DNA of 64,000 nt from Candidatus Poribacteria bacterium. GTDB taxonomy: Bacteria; Poribacteria; WGA-4E; JAJDTR01. Each line of letters begins with the position of its first letter. The stretch's first letter is position 1. Positions 11,571-22,605 of this stretch are shown in pieces. The stretch is taken from assembly GCA_965222225.1 (NCBI GenBank), contig CBDCTK010000002.1, forward strand, positions 5,344,001 to 5,408,000, in the 5' to 3' direction. Below the pieces are notes generated by a model, which worked only from the letters and a program-made list of their open reading frames with translations, made no database searches and was not told where the DNA came from. A program made the position numbers and the translations under genes.

Positions 11571-14500
11571 ATGAGGAAGCGAGGAAGGCGGAGTATTGAA
11601 CTAGGAAGCAGGCAACGCAACCAGTCAAACCAAAGTTGGGGCATTCAATTCCACGTCTTGGGGTTCAACCTCTATCTTCCACATCGCGTCCTGCTCAGAG
11701 TTCATCACCTTCTGCCGAAGATATTCTCCTTCTATCATGTTGTCTCTTGTGCGTTTGGCAATGCACAACACCTGATATTACGAGTTTTTCTGAAGCCCGC
11801 GTTCTTGGTCGGGTTTGCTTGCCTATTCCTCCCGATTGATACCGTCCTCGCCCAAGTTCAATCCACCCCTCCAAACGATGCAAGCGAAGTATCCACTTCC
11901 TCTCCAGAAGACCCATCTAAAACAGATGAAGCCGCGAATCTCTCGTTAACTGACGTAGAGAAATCTTCCACCGCCAGGCTGGATCCGAGGGGTACTGCGC
12001 CTGAGAAGGAAACCGTTATCGGAGACGGTGATAAGATGTTCATGTCAGATAACTTCGTCCAAATTCACGGCAACGCGTTGATAAAATCCGAAGATGTTGT
12101 ACTATATGCCGATCACATCTGGGCAGATTTCGACGACAACATCATGCGCGCCACGGGAAATGTGAGGCTCATTGTCGGTAAAGAGGAGACTTTTGCCGAT
12201 GAACTAATCTTTGATCTTGAAACGAAAAAAGGTATCGCACGCGATGGATTCACGTTTGATGATCCATGGTATTTTGGCGGCTCCGAAATCTTCAAGATTG
12301 AAGACGACGAGTCCTACATCCGCGGAGGCAGGTTGACAACCTGTTCCTTGAAGCAGCCGCATTTTTATTTCTCCGCATCCCAAATCATCGTCAAAATCAA
12401 TAAGGAGTTGATTGCTAAGAACATTGTGCTAAACGTCGGAGGGGTACCGCTTTTCTACTTCCCTCTAATTCGTCGTGACCTTCGAAAAAAGGACAAACTT
12501 GCCAAAATCATTGTTAAACTCGGCACCGATAGTTATCAAGGCCCCTACCTTAGTATCATTCTACCAGTTTTTCGCCATTACCGGTATTCGGCGGAACTGC
12601 TGTTCGAGCAGAGCACCAGACGCGGTAGTGGAGGAGGAACGCAAGCCAAATACCGTGTGAACGATGTTAAATTCCAAGAACTTTTCATTCCGGTTCCGCC
12701 TGAAGCAACGCCGGGGCAGCGAGCGCAACTTAAGGAAAAGGCGGATGAACTTTCGGATCGCTTGCGAGGAGAATACGATAGATTCAAGCTGCGCGAAGTT
12801 TTCTTGAAGTATCAAATCAAAGACATAGATATTGAACGGGCACGTGAGAGTGTTGAGACTGTATACAGCCAACTCCGGGAGGAAAACGTAGATTTCGGCG
12901 AGATTGCTCAGCAACAGTCAGACCATCAAGAATCGCGCTATCGGCAGGGCGATATGGGCTTCCTCGTCCCGGGCGAACGCGACAAGGAAGGTAGGCTGAA
13001 GCTGGAACCCGCTCTTGAGCAAGTGGCGTTCCGTCTCCAGCCAGGCGAAATGAGCCCGATTCTGCGAACCGATTTTGCCTTTCACATTCTCAAGATAGAC
13101 CAAGTGCTTGATATTTATGGGGAACGCGAAGTTCAAGTGCGGCGCATTGACATCGCTATCAAACCAAGCGAGGAAACTCGAGACGCTATTCGAGCGGTCG
13201 GGAAAGAGCTTCAAGAGCGGGCAACCGCCGGTGAGCCGCTTGAAGGACTTGTCGCCGAATTCGATGGCGCCGAGATAGATGTTGTAAATGGTGGAGAATT
13301 GACACACTTGAACGAAATGGATCAGCGGTGGCGACATTCGGTTCGACGCCTAAAGCAGCCCGGTGAAATTACGCTGCCAGTCAATACCGACCGGGGTGTC
13401 CATATCTTTCAACTGATTGAGAGGGAATCCACACCCACATTTGAACAGGTCGCTCGGCAATTTGAAGCGGAATGGGAAGTGCTAAAACAGGAATTGCCTG
13501 CCCTAGAAACAAAGCCGAATCCAGACAAGGATGAGGGAAGGTTTGAAAGTACAAGGCGTGTTGAAAGTTCCGCGTATGCAAAAGGTGACTCGGACAGTGC
13601 CGAAGCTCTCTCGGAAGATGGAGAAGAGGAGGAAGAGATACAGGTCTATCAACAACACGGCTTCCGTGGCAAGTGGGAAGATCCGCAGGCAGTTGCGACG
13701 CAGGCACAAAGGCTTGATCGCGGAGAAACTAGCCGCGTCATCAAAGCCCCCGACGGATTTCGCCTGATAAAAGTGGAAAAAAAACGAGCCTATCGTGGCG
13801 ATTTTCTATTCCTGTCCCAAGATAAATACTCGGGATCGCGCCGAGAGCCAATCAAAACCGGGCAACAATGGACAATGCGATGGGGACACCATCATAAAAT
13901 CTTTACGCCTTGGGATAATCGACAGGAGGGACGGAGTCCGTTGAGTTTCAACGGACGTATGGCATGGTATGCGAGAACCTTCAAAGAGGGATACGGCACG
14001 CCCGAATCGACCATCAATTCCTTCGGGGTCTTCACATGGGGATCTGCCCTGACGGGGGTAGATTCTCATGACCTTGATCCCGATGAGAATCTCAAATTTT
14101 CGCGCAAGCGATTTGGGTCTTTTCTCTCGCGCCTTGAGGTCAAACACACATTGGATCTCACGGGCGAAGGTACGACAATTCTCCAGAAACTGCCCCAACT
14201 AACGATGCAATTTTCCCAAATGCAATTCGATCAACTTCCACTGTTCAAAACAGTCAATTCCGGGTTGACCAAGGCTGCCAAAAAACTGGATACGGATTTT
14301 CCAGTCCTTTCGATGTTTGCTTTTCCGACCCTCGACAATACACGCTTCGACCTTGACGTTGAATTTGGCAATTTCTTCAAGCAGCGATTCCGAGATGAAA
14401 GGGATATTTTCTTGCAAACGCTGGATCTTGGATTCGATCTTACAAAACAAACCACGATTCAGATAACGCCGTACCGAGAATTCCGCTTTGATTTGAGCTA

Positions 14501-15449
14501 CGATAGCAACCTGATTTGGCATGCGAAAGATACTGAGGGCAATCGGAACATCATCCGTGGCGTTCATAGTTTGAGAGCGAGAGGCAGTAACACCCTGTTT
14601 AGAATTTATGACATCAGCTTTATCCCGGGTGCGCGACGCATGCGCCATCAAATCCAGTCGAGCCTTTCGTTTGATTATCAACCCCCTGTCGACAGGGACA
14701 ACAACCTATATCAATTTGCGCCAAGCACGTTCTTCTTTGAGAGAAAGAGGCTCTCCTATAATTTCCGTACCAGTTTTGAAGTAAAAACTCGGCGTAGCAA
14801 AAGACCCTTGTCCCTGCTTGATTTCGATACAAGGCTACGGGCAGATTTTAGCGAGAACACCGTGAGGGGGCGCACATATGAACCAATCAGAAGCGACGTA
14901 ACGATTACACCGTTGGCGAGCCGTAACCTACGAATTAGTTTTAACATGACCAACGACCCGAATCTAGATCCTGCAAACGGCAAGCGCTTCAAAATGGTCG
15001 AATTCGCATCTAACGTCCGTTATAGTCGTAAGAAGTGGAACATGAGTCTCGGAAGTTCCTTCAGTAAGCGGCTTGCCTCAACGCGAGCATCGCGGAACAT
15101 TATTGGAAGCTTCCGCTTTGCGCCGAACCGGTTACTGAATCTCAGTGCTAGTCTCACATATAACTGGATTGAACGTCAGTTTTACCGCCAACAGATATCC
15201 ATTCAGCGAAATCTGCACGATTGGAATCTGCGCTTGTCGTGGTATCGTATCGGCATCAAGCGCAGCGCATCTGCCAATAATGTACGACAAGATTTCACAC
15301 TTCAACTGAATTTAATCGCGGATCCCACCGCATCGGTCGGGTTCGGCTACGACGCCACGACGGAGACGTGGGGCTTCAGGACATTACCCGCCGGTGTACC
15401 CTACAACGCCTTCAGCGCTCGGAACGCGCTTAGCAGATCCTATTTCTAA
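11571..15449 (+). CDS. LptD-like LPS-assembly outer-membrane protein with inserted parvulin domains (true start probably downstream)
   Basis: OstA-like N-domain (LYADHI..ATGNV), TTCSLKQPHFYFSAS, GVPLFYFP, beta-barrel C-terminus; parvulin motifs at about 12660-13790. Confidence 0.8.
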   Translation: MRKRGRRSIELGSRQRNQSNQSWGIQFHVLGFNLYLPHRVLLRVHHLLPKIFSFYHVVSCAFGNAQHLILRVFLKPAFLVGFACLFLPIDTVLAQVQSTPPNDASEVSTSSPEDPSKTDEAANLSLTDVEKSSTARLDPRGTAPEKETVIGDGDKMFMSDNFVQIHGNALIKSEDVVLYADHIWADFDDNIMRATGNVRLIVGKEETFADELIFDLETKKGIARDGFTFDDPWYFGGSEIFKIEDDESYIRGGRLTTCSLKQPHFYFSASQIIVKINKELIAKNIVLNVGGVPLFYFPLIRRDLRKKDKLAKIIVKLGTDSYQGPYLSIILPVFRHYRYSAELLFEQSTRRGSGGGTQAKYRVNDVKFQELFIPVPPEATPGQRAQLKEKADELSDRLRGEYDRFKLREVFLKYQIKDIDIERARESVETVYSQLREENVDFGEIAQQQSDHQESRYRQGDMGFLVPGERDKEGRLKLEPALEQVAFRLQPGEMSPILRTDFAFHILKIDQVLDIYGEREVQVRRIDIAIKPSEETRDAIRAVGKELQERATAGEPLEGLVAEFDGAEIDVVNGGELTHLNEMDQRWRHSVRRLKQPGEITLPVNTDRGVHIFQLIERESTPTFEQVARQFEAEWEVLKQELPALETKPNPDKDEGRFESTRRVESSAYAKGDSDSAEALSEDGEEEEEIQVYQQHGFRGKWEDPQAVATQAQRLDRGETSRVIKAPDGFRLIKVEKKRAYRGDFLFLSQDKYSGSRREPIKTGQQWTMRWGHHHKIFTPWDNRQEGRSPLSFNGRMAWYARTFKEGYGTPESTINSFGVFTWGSALTGVDSHDLDPDENLKFSRKRFGSFLSRLEVKHTLDLTGEGTTILQKLPQLTMQFSQMQFDQLPLFKTVNSGLTKAAKKLDTDFPVLSMFAFPTLDNTRFDLDVEFGNFFKQRFRDERDIFLQTLDLGFDLTKQTTIQITPYREFRFDLSYDSNLIWHAKDTEGNRNIIRGVHSLRARGSNTLFRIYDISFIPGARRMRHQIQSSLSFDYQPPVDRDNNLYQFAPSTFFFERKRLSYNFRTSFEVKTRRSKRPLSLLDFDTRLRADFSENTVRGRTYEPIRSDVTITPLASRNLRISFNMTNDPNLDPANGKRFKMVEFASNVRYSRKKWNMSLGSSFSKRLASTRASRNIIGSFRFAPNRLLNLSASLTYNWIERQFYRQQISIQRNLHDWNLRLSWYRIGIKRSASANNVRQDFTLQLNLIADPTASVGFGYDATTETWGFRTLPAGVPYNAFSARNALSRSYF

Positions 15450-15890
15450 ACCGGATTTCGCAGCATGTCGAATGCCTCATCACCAGCAGGTTTCCCTCCC
15501 CGGTACAAACGACATAACAGGAAACCATCGACACTGGACTATAATCATTGATAGAGATTTTATAGTCCGCTGTAGGAGCGATCAAGCGACCGATTAGGGA
15601 GTGCGATAGGAATCCTCTTCAAATCGCGACCGCGATACAGCTCCCATAGAGATGGCGCCACACCGCCTGTAGGCGAGGATTGAACGAGTGAATAACGAGT
15701 GTGCGATAAAGATTCCCTCAAGTGACTTAATAGGACCAACTGAGTGAATAACGAAGGAGCAACTGACCGATAGGGGAGGCGCTAGAGTTCCCATAGAAAA
15801 TCCCACGCGATAGAAGGCCTAGGGCGATAGCTTTTCTCCGAAATTCAAGCCATTAATGCACTGTCATTTTAAAGAAATGGTATAATATAT

Positions 15891-17139
15891 CGGAATTAGT
15901 AGCTTGTAGCTTTTAGACTGACGACAAACATAAAACTTGGTACCCTGTCGTAAATCTTTTCGTCACACGTAGATGTCCATAGTGACTATTCTTCTCGTAG
16001 GAGTTTGCTATGGACATTTTGAATCTTATGAAAGAGTTTCCAAATCAAGAATCTTGTCTCAGATTTATAGAGGAAAAACGTTGGAAGGACGGTGTTTGCT
16101 GTATCCACTGTGGCAGTGAAAAAGTTGGACGCAAGAACAAAAACGACATTACTACTGGTTGGAATTGCTACGATTGTGAATCTAGCTTTTCGGCTACAGC
16201 AGGAACCATCTTCCATGGTACCAAGATACCTCTCCAGAAATGGTTTTTGGCTATCTCAATTCTTTCCAATGCCAAGAAAAGCATATCGAGTTGTCAGCTT
16301 GCTCGTGACTTGGACATGAATCAAAAGTCCGCTTGGTATATGGCAATGCGCCTCCGTGAGAAAATGAGTGATAGTGATGAATTGCTGAAAGGGATAGTTG
16401 AAGCGGACGAAACCTATGTCGGCGGCAAACCCAGAGCAAAATCTAAGAGAGGTAGAGGCACAAATAAATCTCCCGTCATCGGCGTAGTCGAGAGAGGCGG
16501 TCGGGTGGTTGCTAAATTCATGAAGGTTCTATCTGGTGAAAATATCAGAGAATTCATCCTTAGCAATGTCTCACCCGATGAGTCTATTCTTATGACTGAT
16601 GAATTTCGCTCTTACAATAGTCTGGACGAAGATATCGAAAGACATGTTATCCATCACCAAGAGAGATATGTTTCTGAGGACGGCGTAACTCACACCAACA
16701 CCATCGAGTCGTTTTGGGCTTGTGTCAAGAGGTCATTCTACGGAACGCATCATCACTACAGCAAGAAGTGGCTGCCACTGTATATCATGGAGTCTTGCTG
16801 GAAATATAATCGCAGAAAAGATGATGAGATTTTCATAAGATTTTTTGATGAATGCTTCACCTGAGCCACATGAATTGTTTGGCTATCGGTATATTCTGTC
16901 AACGACAACATCATGGTGTGCTGAAAATCCCATAGTGTTGGAAATTAAAATCCCGCAGATAACCCGCAATGCTCCCGCGAGCATGTACAAACGCTTGGTC
17001 AACATGATATGCCTCCATTTCTCTCTTATAGAGATGTATTTTAGTGTGAATCAAGATTCCGAACACTGTCTAAAATGATTGTACATTAAGAAGAGAAAAG
17101 CAAGCAAATCGACCAAAAAGCAGTTAACTACTAAGTCCC
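15891..17139 (+). mobile_element. IS1595-family insertion sequence, copy 2 (1249 bp)
   Basis: Same TIRs as copy 1; 8-bp TSD TAATATAT at 15883-15890 and 17140-17147; near-identical to 7980..9228. Confidence 0.95.
16010..16864 (+). CDS. IS1595-family DDE transposase
   Basis: 3 aa differences from 8099..8953. Confidence 0.95.
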   Translation: MDILNLMKEFPNQESCLRFIEEKRWKDGVCCIHCGSEKVGRKNKNDITTGWNCYDCESSFSATAGTIFHGTKIPLQKWFLAISILSNAKKSISSCQLARDLDMNQKSAWYMAMRLREKMSDSDELLKGIVEADETYVGGKPRAKSKRGRGTNKSPVIGVVERGGRVVAKFMKVLSGENIREFILSNVSPDESILMTDEFRSYNSLDEDIERHVIHHQERYVSEDGVTHTNTIESFWACVKRSFYGTHHHYSKKWLPLYIMESCWKYNRRKDDEIFIRFFDECFT

Positions 17140-17149
17140 TAATATATTC

Positions 17150-17230
17150 ATGCCGAAAGACTTCGATTCCTCTTCAATTGTCACATGGCGCGCCGTGTTG
17201 ATTGGTCTCCTCTTGAATCCCGACAACAAT
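17150..17230 (+). pseudogene. N-terminal fragment of a membrane protein
   Basis: MPKDFDSSSIVTWRAVLIGLLLNPDNN resembles a transporter N-terminus, then runs into repeat sequence. Confidence 0.4.
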
Positions 17231-17719
17231 CTCTCTCCGTTTCAACGCGGTTTTCTGCCTCTAGGTTCTATTGGCATCTATGTTAGGCGCGTGCATAATC
17301 GTAGGAGGATCAAAGGAATGAATAATGACTGCGATAGAACTCCCATGGAGGTCCCCACGCCCATCGGGTTGGGAGACCCAACGCCTTCGGATGCCGGTGC
17401 ATGCCTACCGATGGTTTGGGCCCTCGTCTCCCTCCAACGGATTAAGCTGTGTCTATATGCCAAAAGCACAGAGAGAACCCGTAGGAGCGGGGATCAACTG
17501 AGCGAATAGCGAAGGCGATAGAGATTTCCTCAAATGCGATCAAGCGACTGAACAAGGAGCGATCAAACGAGTGGATAGCGAGTGCGATAGAACTCCCATA
17601 GAAATCCCCTCTCCTGATCGCGACAGCCCATAGGTTGGGTTGAACCCCGTGAAACCTAACAATCAAGCTGTTCTCAATGACCGCCGGAATCCCGTGCCAA
17701 TGCACGTGATTCCCCATAG

Positions 17720-18910
17720 AAAACGGATCTGTCTATAGAAAACCTGGGTACTGCTAAATGTCCAAACGACGAGATTTTCTGGTCTAAGCTCCGGGCAGAA
17801 TTCCAAATTCGTTTCGATCCAATATACCTTAACACCGGTTCCCTTGGGCTTTTGCCTGTTCAAATCGCTGATGCCGTGGCACAATACTATCGACTCTACA
17901 CGGCGCAAGGTCATGAGGCGCAATTCAGCACGGCGGAACAGCAGGCGAATGCTCGTCGTCGACTTGCAACCTTCATAGGTGCTGACGAAGACGAGATTGC
18001 TTTCACGCGAAATGCGACTGAGTCAATAACCGCCGTAATTGACGGCATCAAGTTGAATCCGGAAGACGAGGTCCTTACCACCGCGCACGAGTACCCCGCT
18101 GTGATATGCCGCTGGAAAAGGAGAGCAGGACGCTTTGGTATCAGGATTCGCACCGTAGACATACCGGGCCCGCCGGATAGTCCGGAACACATTGCAGACC
18201 TGTTTAAGCAAGCCATTACAAAGCGAACCAGAGTCATTGTTTTCTCCCACATTACCCGTGGTCGCGGCTTGTTGTACCCCGCAAAAGCGCTCTGCCAGCT
18301 TGCACGTGAACATGGACATATCTCTGCCATTGATGGCGCTCAGGTCGTCGGTATTCACCCCTTGGATTTACACGACATCGGCTGAGATTTTTACGCGAAC
18401 AGTTTGCACAAATGGGCGCTGGCGCCATCGGATTGTGGGGTTCTATACGTGCGACGAGACATCCAGCGACAATTGTGGCCCCGTGCTGGAGGCGCTCCAC
18501 CATGGGACGAGTCGGTGCAAGGATTCGGGCTTGTCGAGGACATTGGGAGCTACGCGGTGCCATTGTGGCTCGCCGTCGGCGATGCCCTGAATCTTATCGA
18601 CCAAATCGGTTTTGAACAGGTTGTCGCACGCGCGCGTATGTTATCACGCTACCTAAAAACCGAACTAATTAAGCGTCCCTATGTTCGGCTGGCGACATCG
18701 CTATTGCCCGACCTCTCTGGCGCGGGACTGACTTCGTTCGCTCATCGGCGTTTTACCGGAGAGATGGTACGCGAAGGAATCAACCGAAAACAGCGGTTCG
18801 TGACAAGCGGGGATTGGGATGGAGGTGTTGACAACACCTGTGTGTCAACACACTTCTACAACACGAAAGAAGAAATAAATCTATTTCTGGAGGCGCTTGA
18901 TAATCTGTAG
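17720..18910 (+). pseudogene. Aminotransferase class V (isopenicillin-N epimerase/cysteine desulfurase-like), disrupted
   Basis: FWSKLRAEF..IYLNTGSLG, FTRNATES, IDGAQ, G*DFYANSLHKW with in-frame TGA at 18383-18385; no clear start codon. Confidence 0.8.
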
Positions 18911-19667
18911 TCATAGGATTTGCACGGTGACAGGAGGTGACACGGTAGGCGCCGGTAGGAGCGATATCCCGATCGCGACTTCCTGTCGCGAGTAAAACTT
19001 GCTCTTACAATTGGTTTGTCGTAACAATCTTCAATCATCAAACTGCAAAGAGAATCTTCAAGGTGAATAGCAGGAGACTACAATAACATGAAAATGCCCA
19101 ACCCCAAATTACCCAAAGTAGCTATGTCTATTATTCAAACAGACTCTAAATGGTATTTTCGCTAAGTAATTATCGTAAAACTTATACGGTTGAGCGACGT
19201 TCCCCCTTGACAAGGGGGTTGGTATGCATCTTACGTCCGATGGCTTTAGAATTACTACTGCCACTATACACTTACAATCAAGGTAATCCCAAAATCCCAT
19301 GAATCACTGTTCAGACAATGTTAGCTACCGACACTCAACACTTACCATATATTCTTAGATCGACTTTGTACATTTGTAGGATGGAATCGGCGACCATCAA
19401 TTCCCGATTTCCCCTCTTACTGAGATCAAGCGAACGAATAGTGAGTACGGTAGAACTCCGATAGAGTTCCCACCAGCACCGTAGGCGGGGATCAAATGAA
19501 CGAATAGCGATCAACACCGACCGGATAGTGGGGGATCAAGCGAGTGAATATCGAGTGCGATAGAACTCCCATAGACAATCCCGTGCGATATAGAGATCCC
19601 CTTGCCCCGCCTTCGCCGCCACCACATAACGAATGCGTTAGAAAGCCTGCTGCGATAGCGATCCCCT

Positions 19668-20384
19668 TCAACGTAACGTCAGCCCACCATCAATGTATAG
19701 GACATTCCCCGTAGCATGTGGATTCCGCATCAAGTATAAAATCGTTTGAGCAACATCTTCGGCTTGAGCGATGCGCTTGGCGGGGAGTGTTTCGGCAGCA
19801 GATTCAAACATCTCGCTACGCTGTTTTCCCGGAAGTGAGTTGAATCTCGGGGTGTCGACTAACCCCGGCGAAACGACATTCACACGAATCGGCGACAACT
19901 CAACAGCCAGCGCTCGCCCCAACCCTTCAACCGCGCTGTTGATTGACGCCTGTGGCACGGCGCCCGGCTCGGGGTGTTGGCTGTATGCCCCCGCCATGAG
20001 AACAATCGAGCCGTCTTCTCGAATATTTGGTACGCCATACTTCACGGCTTGATACTGTCCCCAGAATTTGCTGTCAAACCCTCGCCGTGCGATTTCAACG
20101 TCAAGTTCTAGGAATGGCCCCAATGCACCCTCGTTTCCCGGTGTCGTTAAGTGGTCAAATTCACCGGCGATATCGAAAAGTCGCTGAATTGATCCTGAAT
20201 CTCGCACATCAACGGTGACAATGTGGACATCTTCCTGTATCCGATCTCTTGCCCGTGCTAATTTCTCCTGTGAGCGACTGGCGATGACAACCGTTGCCCC
20301 TTCTACGGTGGCGGCTTGAGCAGTCGCGAAGCCAATTCCTGAACTACCTCCGATGACAATAATCTTCTTGCCCGATAAACTCAT
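19668..20384 (-). CDS. Short-chain dehydrogenase/reductase
   Basis: IGGSSGIG, IRVNVVSPG, IDGG. Confidence 0.92.
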   Translation of the reverse strand: MSLSGKKIIVIGGSSGIGFATAQAATVEGATVVIASRSQEKLARARDRIQEDVHIVTVDVRDSGSIQRLFDIAGEFDHLTTPGNEGALGPFLELDVEIARRGFDSKFWGQYQAVKYGVPNIREDGSIVLMAGAYSQHPEPGAVPQASINSAVEGLGRALAVELSPIRVNVVSPGLVDTPRFNSLPGKQRSEMFESAAETLPAKRIAQAEDVAQTILYLMRNPHATGNVLYIDGGLTLR

Positions 20385-20487
20385 TGCGCGTTCCTTTCTA
20401 TCAAATCAATCTTGGAAAACATCAAATCTCGGAGGAAGAAATATTAGAGGGAGGAAGGTTCAAGAGGAAAAACTTGAAAATTTGGGG

Positions 20488-21861
20488 TTAAATCGAATAA
20501 ATCATACGGCTGGCTTCTTCATATTCCGATTTCATGGGATCGGTTGAAAGGAATAGCTTCTGATAAGGTTCATAAAGCTGGATATAACTCCAATTAACAC
20601 CGCAAAGAATCTTCCTTTCATTTGCCAGCTTTACAAAACGACCGCGAAACTTCGCGCGCGTAGTTTCTGGCGGGAGATGCATCGCTTTGTCAACCTGTTC
20701 GTCGGTGACAATCCGCTCGACCTGATCTTTTCTTTCCAGTTTATAATATAGTCCGGTTTTCTTTTTTTCTCCTTCTTTCCGAATATTGTGATACTGAAGA
20801 TCCAGCATTGATACGTCAGCAGAATCCCAATTGAGATTTCGACTGGCAACATAAGTCTCGATTAGTTTTTTCTTGATAACCCAGTCAAGTTCCCGATCGA
20901 GAGATGATGGATCTCTTGCCAGATGCTTCAATACATATTCCCATCTTTTCATTACCTGCTCGGTGATTGGATCTGACTCTGCTTGTTCAAAATACTGTTT
21001 GGCGCACTCGAAATATTGCCATTGAAGTTCGACTGCGGAGAGCCGTTTCCCGTTCTCCAACTCAATCTTGTGTGTGCACGTCGTATCTTTTGAAATCTCC
21101 CAAATAGCTTTGACAGAGTTTCGCAATGCGAGGCGTTGTCTAATGAAATTGTCCTCTATCATGCGCAGGACGATGGCGGTTGTTCCCACCTTGAGAAAGG
21201 TGGAAAATTCGGACATGTTGGAATCGCCAACGATAACGTGCAATCGTCTGTACTTTTCCCGGTCGGCATGTGGCTCATCCCGTGTGTTGATGATGCCGCG
21301 TGCCGTCGTTGTCGCGATAGAGATTTCCTCGCGTATATGTTGGGCGCGTTGGGAGATGACGTATTTGCCGCGGTCAGTGCGTATGGCTTTACCGGCACCG
21401 GTGAAAACCTGGCGTGTTACGAAGAAGGGGATAAGCTGCGAGGCGAGTTGGCGGAAACTAACTCGGCGATCCATTAAATAGTTCTCATGACAACCGTAGG
21501 TATTTCCGGGGGTATCGGTATTGTTTTTGAAAACCGAGATTTTCCCGTAAAAGCCGTCAATCCGCATTTTTCTTTCGGCAGTGACGGAGAGCCGCTCGAT
21601 TATCCGTTCGCCAGCTTTATCATGTGTGACCAGTTCGCGTACATTGTCACATTCGGGGGTGGCATATTCGGGGTGGCAGCCGATATCTTGATAAAATCGA
21701 GCCCCATTTTCGAGGAACACATCCGGATACATTCTCCCCGAGATTATCTCTCGGAATAGGTACATCACCGCATTCTGAATCGAGAGCGCTTTTCCGCCGC
21801 TCCGCTCCGGAGTGCAGATGAGGCCATATTCGCTTTCTAGTCCGTAAATCCTACGGTCCAT
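20488..21861 (-). CDS. pafA: Pup--protein ligase
   Basis: RRIYGLESEYG, FLENGARFYQDIGCHPEYATPEC, GCHENYL, INTRDEPHAD, DLQYH. Confidence 0.93.
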   Translation of the reverse strand: MDRRIYGLESEYGLICTPERSGGKALSIQNAVMYLFREIISGRMYPDVFLENGARFYQDIGCHPEYATPECDNVRELVTHDKAGERIIERLSVTAERKMRIDGFYGKISVFKNNTDTPGNTYGCHENYLMDRRVSFRQLASQLIPFFVTRQVFTGAGKAIRTDRGKYVISQRAQHIREEISIATTTARGIINTRDEPHADREKYRRLHVIVGDSNMSEFSTFLKVGTTAIVLRMIEDNFIRQRLALRNSVKAIWEISKDTTCTHKIELENGKRLSAVELQWQYFECAKQYFEQAESDPITEQVMKRWEYVLKHLARDPSSLDRELDWVIKKKLIETYVASRNLNWDSADVSMLDLQYHNIRKEGEKKKTGLYYKLERKDQVERIVTDEQVDKAMHLPPETTRAKFRGRFVKLANERKILCGVNWSYIQLYEPYQKLFLSTDPMKSEYEEASRMIYSI

Positions 21862-21864
21862 GCC

Positions 21865-22581
21865 CTAAAACATTTTCTCGAGCTCTTCGGGAAGAAGGCG
21901 TCGAAACCTACGTCGTTCCAGTTCTTCATCAAGTAATGCGACCTCAATGGTACCAGCCACAATTTCATACCGGGGCTCTTCCGAATTTTCTTCGTCAACG
22001 TCCTCTTCAATTGTTTCGAAGGCTTTGATTCCGAGACGAATAGCATCCTCTAACGCCATTCCCTCCCTGTGTTCTTGTTCAAGAATTTCAACAATTGAAT
22101 CAGCACGCCCGCCGATAACTGCATACTGCTCCTCTTCTCCGAAGGTGCCATCGAAAGACAGATGATATATTCGATTGTTCGAGGAGGCGTCGCCTTTCAC
22201 TTCGCACACCAACAACTCGACTTCAAGCGGTTTTACATCCCATTCCCGGAAAATGGCCCCGATGCGTTGCGAGTACACTGTTGTAAGCCATTTAGCCGTG
22301 ACGTCCTCACGATTGTAGGTAAACCCTTTGATCTCCGCCTGTTCGATCCCATAAAACCTCAAGGCTTCATATTCTGGTGACAGCCCCGTTGCCGCTAAGG
22401 CAATCCGATCATACACCTCGGAAATCTTGAAAACCGTTGTCAATGGATTTTCGGCGACCATCACGATGCCACTGTTATACTCCAAAGCAATTACCTCTTT
22501 CGCCTGTTCAATGCCGCGCTGGGCAAGGTCGCGCTTATCTTGTATAATTTGCTCCGGTGACACGTAATACGGTGAGGACAT
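21865..22581 (-). CDS. prcA: 20S proteasome alpha subunit
   Basis: PYYVSPEQ...KISEVYDRI, KPLEVEL; GGAGG RBS. Confidence 0.93.
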   Translation of the reverse strand: MSSPYYVSPEQIIQDKRDLAQRGIEQAKEVIALEYNSGIVMVAENPLTTVFKISEVYDRIALAATGLSPEYEALRFYGIEQAEIKGFTYNREDVTAKWLTTVYSQRIGAIFREWDVKPLEVELLVCEVKGDASSNNRIYHLSFDGTFGEEEQYAVIGGRADSIVEILEQEHREGMALEDAIRLGIKAFETIEEDVDEENSEEPRYEIVAGTIEVALLDEELERRRFRRLLPEELEKMF

Positions 22582-22605
22582 TCTCACCTCCTTCAATTGA
22601 CGTAG

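Noticed and set aside
17481-17625. Clusters of the GATCAA...GCGATAG unit as a CRISPR array
   Set aside because: Units are nested and mutually divergent, there are no unique spacers of constant length, and no cas genes are present.
18383-18385. In-frame TGA at a Cys-like position as selenocysteine
   Set aside because: The position (G-C-D-F-Y) is not a redox-active site, I see no convincing SECIS hairpin, and the gene's 5' end is also degraded.
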